Source of the DNA: Cyanidioschyzon merolae
Lineage: Eukaryota
Reading direction: 5' to 3' (one strand)
Length of the DNA: 64,000 bases
Assembly (NCBI GenBank): GCA_000091205.1
Contig: AP006493.2
Shown: piece after piece, positions 1-9,042 of the stretch
Numbering within the stretch: the first letter of the stretch is position 1
Layout of the letters: the number at the start of each line of letters is the position of its first letter
Notes under the pieces: model-generated
What the model saw: the letters and a program-made list of their open reading frames with translations, nothing else
What the model was told of the DNA's origin: nothing
Database searches by the model: none
Program-made: the position numbers and the translations under genes

Positions 1-638
1 GAGGCGATTGCTCCAACGACGCTCGTTCGAGTCCGGGTCCCTCGTCGATGCAAACCGCAGAGACTGGAGTCTCCCGGTGCGTATACCGATCGATATATCT
101 CGCTGTTGCGGAATGCCGTCTCGTTAACCGCCACGAAGCACAGAGGATTCGTCTTTCAAACGGGACTTATGATTGTTCGTGACAAGTCCGGACCACTTTG
201 GGGCAGGCGCTTGCGGCCAGGTTACCAAACGACGTCGTCGATACAGGTCTTCATGGTCAGTCCAGCGGCGCGACTGGTATTGAAACAGATACATCCATGA
301 ACGATAATGTGTGATGCTCATTTGCAACACGTCAGGAACTGAGAAGCATTGGAGGCTGCAACGTAAGCACCGGGCAGTGGTATCGGGTATTCCAGGATCA
401 CGCTTGGTGGCGGGCGTTGTAACTCATCCTGATTCCAGTGTCGTACCGAATACTTGCGACAAAGCATCGCAGGTCCCGGTCCTGAACCAAGACCCAGAAT
501 CCTGAAACGAGGTATGCATCCGGCATTGCGTATGATTTCTCCTCGAGTATCGAGACTGAGCATCCGAGAAAACGGCTGGTAAGATTTGAAGCCAGAATCA
601 CAGCGAGCATTCCAGAGCTTCACTCTAATCTGAGACGC
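1..638. repeat. Copy A of a long dispersed/direct repeat of at least 638 bp, truncated at the window start; its partner is at 24634-25271
   Basis: Positions 1-638 align base-for-base with 24634-25271 with about 10 mismatches (about 98% identity). Both copies end at the same right boundary '...cattccagagcttcactctaatctgagacgc'. The flanks then diverge completely ('atctagatcctgagc' at copy A, 'ttgcgggtgctattcgc' at copy B). The ORF-track peptides are duplicated (106..300 matches the end of 24511..24933; 124..330 matches 24757..24963; 311..505 matches 24944..25138). Confidence 0.9.
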
Positions 639-1126
639 ATCTAGATCCTGAGCACATCCTTTCTGGCTCAGTGGCATGCGCCCAATCTGCGAGGACTTTC
701 TCGAAAGCATTCGCTTTACGCCGTACTTCTTCATCACGTACTGATTAGAAACGGAGGCTGCGTCAAAAAGCGAGCGAGGTAGGCGCTCCGGGGTCCACGG
801 ATCACAAGCCAAGCACCATGCATCCCGCATGACGACGTTACCTGCATCCGAGCATACAGATGCGCTATTGCAGGGCATCATGTCGCAGAGACGCATACAA
901 GCTGCAGCGCATACCTGCAAGCGCTGGACGTGCTCTCTCGGACACTGTCCAACGGCGCCCCGGTCAAGCACTGCGGAACCAGGAAAGCATCCAAAATGCG
1001 CTATCCATTATGAATCTAGAAGCAGATCTGCACGACCTCGTCGAGGGCATCTTCTGATGCGCGTCAACGAAGTTGTTTCCGCTTTACATCCGAACCGACC
1101 GCTCTCTGTGTGGAACACGCGTACAG

Positions 1127-2755
1127 TCAGCGTCGGGCCAGCTGCCCAAGTTCCTGGAGTACAATGTTGCGCATCTCCTGTGCCGGGGCCCTCAAGCCCG
1201 TCCAGATGGTAAACTGGGCTGCGGCCTGTCGGACGAACATCTCGACCCCGTCCACTGTGAGACAACCTCGTCGCTTTGCCAGACTCAGAAGCCGCGTTTC
1301 TATTGGATTATAGACGGCGTCGAACACGAGGCAGTGCGGCTCCAGAATCTCCTCTGGAACCGGAACGACATTCACATCTGGATGCATGCCAATGGAGGTG
1401 GAATTCATCAGAATATCGATTCGCTCTCGGGTAGCAGGGTTCCTCTGCTGTTGACAAAAGTCCTCTAGTGAGAGCGCAACTAGCTCTGTCTTCCCGAAAG
1501 GACTCAAATCATTTGCGAGCGATCTTGCTCTTTCCAGGGTACGATTCACGATAGTGAGTTTGCCGCAGCCGCAGTGTACGACCCCGAAGGCGATCGCCCG
1601 TGCCGCACCACCGGCTCCCAGGAGGACGACATGGCGTCGCTGGAGTGCCGTCAAGCGAGCCTGCCCCTGTTCGATTCCGGGCATCAAGGTCTCGGATACT
1701 GCATCTACCGCTGCCTGCCAATCGGTGTTATAGCCCTTGCGTCGGCCCGTGAGCGGATCCACCACGATCGTATTCACTGCCCCGATCTGCTTCGCCACAT
1801 CATCCAATTCGTCCAGGCACTCCATGATGCGCTGCTTATGGGGAATGGTCACACTGGCCCCGCGCAAGCCAAACTGCGTCATGGTATCGAGAAACTTTTG
1901 CAACTTAGAGCCGTCCTGAACGAGAAAGGGAAGGTAGACGTGGTTCAGACGGCAGAGTCCAAAGGCGTGGTTATGGATCCGCGGGCTCATTGAATGCCTG
2001 ACGGGTGCCCCGATAACCCCATAGACTGTGGTATCAGGGTTCAGGCTATGGAAACGATAATGATCGATGAGTTCTTCGATCCGGAATTGACCCGGTGCAG
2101 ACGCCCGTGCCTCGCTCAGCGTTGTGAACGTCAGCATTGCAGGTCCAAACTTGGCGGCAAGAACTCGGCTGATCTGCCCATACTCTCCCATTCCTATAGC
2201 AATCGTAGGTTTGCTGCCAGCAGTGCGCTTCAGTAAGGCAAATAGTCGCGCGTTGTCGCACAAGTCGTGGCACATCATGGCGATCTTGCAAATATCAGCT
2301 CCGGTTGCCACGATTGCCGTGTAGATTTCAGCGAGCTCCGCTTCAGTTAATGGTCGCGTGAAGCTATGATAGGAGACGATGAGTCGTGGACGAGTGGATG
2401 CATCTTGGAGCTGGACGCTCTCCGGCATCCGAAACAGGTCCATGTTCGCGAGTTCGACGTCCACGTACTCAACGCCGTGTTGAACAGCGCGCTGCAACAG
2501 CCTCACTCGCTCGTGATCGTTCATATCGGATAAACCTCCCTCACAAACAGGACGATATGTGAAAACCATAGGCAGAGGCCGTTGATCTACTACCCGCTCC
2601 CAGGACTCCCCCTCGGCGAGGTAGTCGGCACGGAACTCGACGAGGTCAGCGCCGGCCCTTCGTGCCTCGTACATGTCGGCTATCGCTTCTTCTGCAGAGT
2701 TCGCTGTTATAGATGTACATATTAGACAGCGAATTCCTGCACCTGAAACAGGCAT
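1127..2755 (-). CDS. Bifunctional 3-dehydroquinate dehydratase (type I) / shikimate 5-dehydrogenase (DHQ-SDH, plant/algal-type shikimate pathway enzyme)
   Basis: 542-aa ORF. The N-terminal half has type I DHQase motifs ('ICTSITANSAEEAIADMYEARRAGADLVEFRADYL', 'ICKIAMMCHDLCDNARLFALLK...KPTIAIGMGEYGQISRVLAAKFG'). The C-terminal half is shikimate dehydrogenase ('VYGVIGAPVRHSMSPRIHNHAFG', 'LRGASVTIPHKQ', Rossmann motif 'VVLLGAGGAARAIAFG', 'NRT'). This matches the known plant bifunctional enzyme architecture. Confidence 0.85.
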   Translation of the reverse strand: MPVSGAGIRCLICTSITANSAEEAIADMYEARRAGADLVEFRADYLAEGESWERVVDQRPLPMVFTYRPVCEGGLSDMNDHERVRLLQRAVQHGVEYVDVELANMDLFRMPESVQLQDASTRPRLIVSYHSFTRPLTEAELAEIYTAIVATGADICKIAMMCHDLCDNARLFALLKRTAGSKPTIAIGMGEYGQISRVLAAKFGPAMLTFTTLSEARASAPGQFRIEELIDHYRFHSLNPDTTVYGVIGAPVRHSMSPRIHNHAFGLCRLNHVYLPFLVQDGSKLQKFLDTMTQFGLRGASVTIPHKQRIMECLDELDDVAKQIGAVNTIVVDPLTGRRKGYNTDWQAAVDAVSETLMPGIEQGQARLTALQRRHVVLLGAGGAARAIAFGVVHCGCGKLTIVNRTLERARSLANDLSPFGKTELVALSLEDFCQQQRNPATRERIDILMNSTSIGMHPDVNVVPVPEEILEPHCLVFDAVYNPIETRLLSLAKRRGCLTVDGVEMFVRQAAAQFTIWTGLRAPAQEMRNIVLQELGQLARR

Positions 2756-2844
2756 TAAGCGTCGTTATACCGGTGAACACACCAAGGTGTTCTGGAACTC
2801 GCAGATGTCGCGAGAGAGGCACACCTGGCGTGTGCTCAGCGTAG

Positions 2845-4705
2845 GCGCTGCTGGCCCGCCTCGTATCCCAATGTGGGATCAGCAGCGGTACGAATGCTGA
2901 ATGCTGCGGGTGTTGTTCGACGGACAGTTTCTGGCTATCGAAAGCGTTGACGCTTTTAAGGGCTACTGTTCCGCTGTCCCGCCTCGTATCCCAATGTGGG
3001 ATCAGCAGCGGTACGAATGCTGAATGCTGCGGGTGTTGTTCGACGGACAGTTTCTGGCTATCGAAAGCGTTGACGCTTTCAAGGGCTACTGTTCCGCTGT
3101 CCCGCCTCGTATCCCAATGTGGGATCAGCAGCGGTACGAATGCTGAATGCTGCGGGTGTTGTTCGACGGACAGTTTCTGGCTATCGAAAGCGTTGACGCT
3201 TTCAAGGGCTACTGTTCCGCTGTCCCGCCTCGTATCCCAATGTGGGATCAGCAGCGGTACGAATGCTGAATGCTGCGGGTGTTGTTCGACGGACAGTTTC
3301 TGGCTATCGAAAGCGTTGACGCTTTTAAGGGCTACTGTTCCGCTGTCCCGCCTCGTATCCCAATGTGGGATCAGCAGCGGTACGAATGCCGAATGCTGCG
3401 GGTGTTGTTCGACGGACAGTTTCTGGCTATCGAAAGCGTTGACGCTTTCAAGGGCTACTGTTCCGCTGTCCCGCCTCGTATCCCAATGTGGGATCAGCAG
3501 CGGTACGAATGCCGAATGCTGCGGGTGTTGTTCGACGGACAGTTTCTGGCTATCGAAAGCGTTGACGCTTTCAAGGGCTACTGTTCCGCTGTCCCGCCTC
3601 GTATCCCAATGTGGGATCAGCAGCGGTACGAATGCCGAATGCTGCGGGTGTTGTTCGACGGACAGTTTCTGGCTATCGAAAGCGTTGACGCTTTCAAGGG
3701 CTACTGTTCCGCTGTCCCGCCTCGTATCCCAATGTGGGATCAGCAGCGGTACGAATGCCGAATGCTGCGGGTGTTGTTCGACGGACAGTTTCTGGCTATC
3801 GAAAGCGTTGACGCTTTCAAGGGCTACTGTTCCGCTGTCCCGCCTCGTATCCCAATGTGGGATCAGCAGCGGTACGAATGCCGAATGCTGCGGGTGTTGT
3901 TCGACGGACAGTTTCTGGCTATCGAAAGCGTTGACGCTTTCAAGGGCTACTGTTCCGCTGTCCCGCCTCGTATCCCAATGTGGGATCAGCAGCGGTACGA
4001 ATGCTGAATGCTGCGGGTGTTGTTCGACGGACAGTTTCTGGCTATCGAAAGCGTTGACGCTTTCAAGGGCTACTGTTCCGCTGTCCCGCCTCGTATCCCA
4101 ATGTGGGATCAGCAGCGGTACGAATGCTGAATGCTGCGGGTGTTGTTCGACGGACAGTTTCTGGCTATCGAAAGCGTTGACGCTTTCAAGGGCTACTGTT
4201 CCGCTGTCCCGCCTCGTATCCCAATGTGGGATCAGCAGCGGTACGAATGCCGAATGCTGCGGGTGTTGTTCGACGGACAGTTTCTGGCTATCGAAAGCGT
4301 TGACGCTTTCAAGGGCTACTGTTCCGCTGTCCCGCCTCGTATCCCAATGTGGGATCAGCAGCGGTACGAATGCTGAATGCTGCGGGTGTTGTTCGACGGA
4401 CAGTTTCTGGCTATCGAAAGCGTTGACGCTTTCAAGGGCTACTGTTCCGCTGTCCCGCCTCGTATCCCAATGTGGGATCAGCAGCGGTACGAATGCCGAA
4501 TGCTGCGGGTGTTGTTCGACGGACAGTTTCTGGCTATCGAAAGCGTTGACGCTTTCAAGGGCTACTGTTCCGCTGTCCCGCCTCGTATCCCAATGTGGGA
4601 TCAGCAGCGGTACGAATGCTGAATGCTGCGGGTGTTGTTCGACGGACAGTTTCTGGCTATCGAAAGCGTTGACGCTTTCAAGGGCTACTGTTCCGCTGTC
4701 CCGAT
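2845..4705. repeat. Tandem array (satellite/minisatellite) of a 123-bp unit, about 15 copies, over 98% inter-copy identity
   Basis: The unit 'cccgcctcgtatcccaatgtgggatcagcagcggtacgaatgc[t/c]gaatgctgcgggtgttgttcgacggacagtttctggctatcgaaagcgttgacgcttt[c/t]aagggctactgttccgctgtc' repeats head-to-tail. The ORF track shows the same 41-aa peptide repeated 15 times in frame (2947..4833). Two SNP variants segregate among copies. Each unit contains the palindrome gaaagcgTTGAcgctttc. Confidence 0.95.
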
Positions 4706-5613
4706 CATATCAGGTGAGGACTATGATCGATACTGCGGGTTTGGAGCGCGTTTCCAGGGCCAAACAAGGGGCGTTCCGCACAAGCGGGACGAGTTGGACT
4801 TTTCTGGACGGTTGTCAAGGGCGTCGGCGTTGAGCGGTCGTACGAGTTTCTGCTTCGAGCTTGCAGAGGGAAAGCAGAATCGACATGCATATGTGACTGC
4901 GATGAGCAGATGCTTTTAGTGTTCAAAGCCGTTTGGCGAGTTGATGACGAGTTCAAGATCGTCGGTTGCAGCGTGCGCTGCTTCGTAGAGAGGAACAAGG
5001 ACACGAAAACCTCGAACTCGTTGTGGCGTGTCTGAAACCAATCGTGAAAGAAATCGCCAAGCATCGCTTCCAATGAGTAAATAATATATCGATACGAGAG
5101 GGTTCTGGTTAGCCTACGGATCGCTGTATGCTGTCTGCATGCGTGGGGCGCCTCTACAGCACCTATGAGAACGCGGCGATGCTCAGAAGCGAGTCCATGA
5201 CCTTGACATGACGCTGTGTACAGAGGACCTGAGGCTGTTCGTGAACAAGCTGCTGACTCTGGAATGCCCGTATCTCTTCAGTCTGGCGATAGATCGTTGA
5301 TCTGAACGTCCGAGTCCAAATCCTGTGTTCCAGGCACCGCAACTGGTTCAGTACCCGCAGTGCCCGCATCCCCGAGAGACATCATCGTATGTAGGACGTG
5401 GCGGGTGTCCCTGAACGCTTCTCGTTAACTAGACAACATGAGCGTTTGCGTTAGCCCCCCTACAAGAACATTTTAGCGAGTCTGGGTGGCGCCCAGAGCG
5501 CCCAGCTCGAATAATCTGCCTTTTGCGACAGCGTGGCAGCGGTGGATCCAACGCCCACTGGGTACCGGCTTCTGAAATCGCAAAACGTTTCCTCTGCGAG
5601 CGCGTTGCAATGG

Positions 5614-7175
5614 CTAGTCTTGTCCCCGGGGACATACATTCGCTTTCTCGTCGACGCTAGCGCGAGCGGCGCTTTCGCCGAGCGGCCACCCGGTACGCTG
5701 CGCAACCAGGTTCCAGACTCGTGTTCGAATGCGAGCGCTACATCCATCGGGACGCTCAACAAAACGGTAGACCAGACGCTTGATTTTGAACGACTGCTGA
5801 TAACGCCATTGTCGCGCCCATTCGCTGAATACCTCTCGAACTGATGACGCATCAGGTGGATCTCGAAATACTCCCTGTTGACCGACAGTTGGCCGCTGTG
5901 GCAAAGACCCCGCTGCTGGTATTCGTAAAGCGTCGCGATCATCAGCCAGACCGTCCGTTGCCGTATGACGACCCGGGTATGGATGCTGGACTCCATCCAC
6001 AGTGATATATTCGGCTTCTTGGATATGAAGTAGGCGCATGAGGCCCGCAAAGAATCGATCAACGGGGGTATGCGCTCGACCTGTTCGCAAGATGGCGTGC
6101 CGCAGCTCAGCAGCTGCGTTAATGAGCGTATCACCGAGCGTCCCGCAGCGGCGTGGCTCAAAGTCGGCGGCGACCCAGACAGCGAACAAGAGCTCGATTG
6201 TCGTTCCCAGATACGAGAGGAGATATTCGTCATCTGTCTGGGGATTCTGCTCAGAACTCCGTTTCAAACGCCGCCAGAAGTGTGCAAACAACTGCCACAG
6301 GCGACTAGCGAGGTGAGAAGGAAGCGGACCTTCGCGCGCCGCCACGGCTGCTGCCGTCACCGCTCCAGGCGCGATACCAACGAGCATTGCCAACGCCATG
6401 CGGATACAGGGACTCTTCAGCGGCTGGCGTCGAATACATCGCACGAGCACACCAATCACGATATCGACAAGTGTGCAACGGTCTGCATCGAGGCTGGTCT
6501 CGCGGTACCATGTAACGGGCTGCTCAAGGACGTGGCTCGCAAGCGCTCGAGACCAGCCCTCATCCTCAGTGAGCAGAAGAAGCGTTGCGAGTCGCAACTC
6601 CGTGACGTCTACCGAACTCTCTACGTAGAGCAAGCGCAGCAGCGTTAGCAGAAAGATCTCGGGATCCGTTCGGACGGCCAAGTAGCGCCGCCAATGCTCC
6701 GCGGAATCATACGTTAAAAAATAGAACAAGTACGAGCCTTCTGGATAATGGAGCCACCAAACGCATACATCATGCAGGTTGGATAGCGTCAGCGGCTGCA
6801 CTGAATGCAGCCCAGTCTGCACCGCATCGTTGCCAAAGTCCGCAGCAGCGCCAGCAGCAGCTGTTGTTGTTATTGTTGTTCGTTGATGCTCGCTGTTCGC
6901 ATCAACAACGGCTGGGAGCGTTTCGCAGGAGGTACGCGCAAGCACACCAGCGAGTGCCTGGCGAAATGGTTGACCGGCTCTCTGATTTGGAAACAGCGGC
7001 TGCGCTAGCTCGTCTGGATCGTCAGTCACGAGCGATAACAGGGTTAGCAAGAGCCCCATGCATACCACAGTTTTCCGAGCGATTGGATCCTCCGGTAGTG
7101 CACTCGATCGATGCATATGCAGCGTTCCAGCTGGTGCAATGGCTTCGGCTGCTCGAGAATGCATCCTCGAGGGGC

Positions 7176-7207
<32 letters not shown>

Positions 7208-8562
7208 ATCGAAACTACTGGTTCCTGTGAGGGTTCTGCGAGCTGGTCGGCCTCAGCCGCGTCTGCGAGTACCCGTTCAGCGTTGGCATGCTCGCTGACG
7301 AATGGCCAAAACTGGAACCAAGACCAGTTCGATCTCTTCGCTACGGCGGCATGCAGCGCAGCTGGACGTGCGCTTTGCGTTGCCAACGCTTCCTCGGTGG
7401 ACCTTTCTGCGAAATGTTTTCCGTCTAGTTCGAGAAAGTTGAGGCCCTGCCCTCTCGTTGCCATTTGTAGGAGCACGCTCTCCAAGGTCGTTGCGTCGTG
7501 AATTGTTCCGCTACCCAAGCCTGCCATCTTCCGAATTCTCGATAGCGTGTCGCGAACTAGGCACCCCAGCAAGAGCTCGATGCATCGATGGATTCTTGCG
7601 TCTAGGCGTCGAATGAGCGCATAGGTTTTCGTTGTATCCATCCAGTCAAGCAAATGGAGCAACAGGCAGCTGCTCCAGAAAAAAGTCTCCTGATCGCGGT
7701 CAGCAGACAGCATGAGGTACTCGACGCTCAGGATCAGCATGATATACTGGCAATGCTCAAGTGCTGTCTGGTCGGGGAGAAGAGATTCCCCGCGCTGAGC
7801 CCAGCTTCGCCTCACCGCTGGCCGCAAAAAGTTGCACAAGAACCAGAAGGCCCCATGCACAGCGGCGTGCCAATCACCGGTATTGGCGATACGTGGTTGC
7901 TGATCACCAGGATCCTGCAAAGCATAGACTGCTTTCAGCTGATCCAGGGCACCCAGCGTCGCCAGTAGAACAACAGGTGCTAGTGATTCAAACGCATGCA
8001 GTGATGTCACTAGCCGTTGCATGACAAGCCCGAGCAGAGATTCCTGCTGGTCGTCCAGTGCTGCTCTAGCTGCAGATGGTGTTCCTGGATCACGCGGGAG
8101 TGCATTCGCAGCTCTGGTGTGTACAGTACCGGGGTTCACGACTTCACGCTCGAGGAAGATCAGCGCTCGAAGCCAGAGGCGATCCCCAATGGGCGGCACC
8201 GAAATCCCCTGTTGATTCGTTGGGGTGACACCAGCACCGCCAGCTGCGCTTGTTGGAACTGTGCTCTGCGCTCGGCTGTCGGATGACCAGTGCGCAGTGG
8301 CGTGCGCGACTTGTCTGTGCCAGTAGTGGGCTCCCAGGAGCCGTAGACTTTGCGCAACGCTCTCTGGGTGCACGCTGCCGCTCGCTGCACCAGTGCCCGA
8401 CACGTTTGCGTCCGCTGCTGAAGCCGCAATAGCGCTCGCAGCGTCTTGGTCTTTTGAGCGCCATGACGGGCTCAGGAGGAGGTTTGGGGGCACTTGCTTC
8501 GACTCCGGAAACTCGTTACCGTCTGCGAGTGCCTCCGCTTGGGTGTTTAACGCGTTTCCCAT
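5614..8562 (-). CDS. Large hypothetical protein (982 aa) with a poly-Gln tract; no recognisable catalytic domain
   Basis: Long uninterrupted ORF in a GC-rich genome. N-terminus 'MGNALNT' has an N-myristoylation-like start. The internal (CTG)9 microsatellite encodes Q10 in frame. A divergent intergenic region of about 480 bp is shared with the next gene. No homology could be assigned by eye. Confidence 0.5.
7187..7215. repeat. (CTG)9 / (CAG)9 microsatellite, in frame within the 982-aa gene (poly-Gln)
   Basis: 'ctgctgctgctgctgctgctgctgctg'; the minus-strand translation gives QQQQQQQQQQ in ORF 5614..8562. Confidence 0.9.
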
Positions 8563-9042
8563 ATGCCAGTAGCGTCAGGGGCCAGCATGTGGTACCGTTA
8601 GGTGCAGCACCTTGCAGGTTGGCTGCCTGCTGCTCCAGAATCGTCGACAGCCGCGAACAACTCCAGGATTCTCTGAGTGGCTCCGGATTCGAGAACGGGT
8701 CTATGCTCGTCCACTAGTTCTGCAGACAGGCCGGTTTGGGGACCAGAGAGACCCTGGGTGCTCCGCGGAAGCTCAACGTAAACGATAGCTCTGCGATCAC
8801 TGGCAACTGATGCTCCTGGTGAGCTATTCCCGCTTCAGTGATAGCAGAGTTTGAGGTAACAACTTCGAGACCTGGAGCCGTTGGAAAAGCGAGCTTCGGG
8901 AAGAAGCTCCCTTAGATCTCCGTGGAATAAAACGGTACTCGCTCGCCCTTCTATAACCGCGATATTCTCTCCTTGAGCTCTAACGAACGTGCCAGCACCC
9001 ACTAGCCCTTCCACAACGGCAGACTAACCTGGACTTGCGCTC

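Noticed and set aside
20-45. Pol III B-box-like motif 'cgttcgagtcc' near the start of the repeat (both copies), suggesting a tRNA-derived SINE or tRNA gene
   Set aside because: No upstream A-box could be placed. The flanking bases cannot form a T-arm stem, so there is no cloverleaf. A repeat of at least 638 bp is long for a SINE. The left end of copy A is truncated by the window, so the motif cannot be evaluated in context. Left as unsupported.
2845-4705. Possibility that the regular 123-bp repeats are a CRISPR array
   Set aside because: Repeats are contiguous with no unique spacers and the unit is far longer than CRISPR repeats. The surrounding genes are eukaryotic. A CRISPR interpretation is not tenable.
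2947-4833. 628-aa ORF (and a second partially open frame 3270..4007) running through the 123-bp tandem array, encoding a 41-aa Cys-rich peptide repeated 15 times
   Set aside because: A 123-bp unit is a multiple of 3, so any frame that is stop-free in one unit is automatically open across the whole array. At least one stop-free frame in six is the expected outcome for a GC-rich unit. No start context, signal peptide or homology supports a real protein. Treated as a non-coding satellite.
6070-6648. Numerous 100-250-aa ORFs antisense to or overlapping confident genes (e.g. 6070..6648+, 18020..18580+, 19761..20432+, 20766..21428+, 22803..23444+, 51958..52575-, 53146..53769-, 53582..54385-, 16717..17286-)
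   Set aside because: High GC content makes stop codons rare in all frames. These frames lack homology, are Arg/Ala/Pro-rich translations of the opposite strand of real genes, and overlap better-supported CDSs. Spurious.
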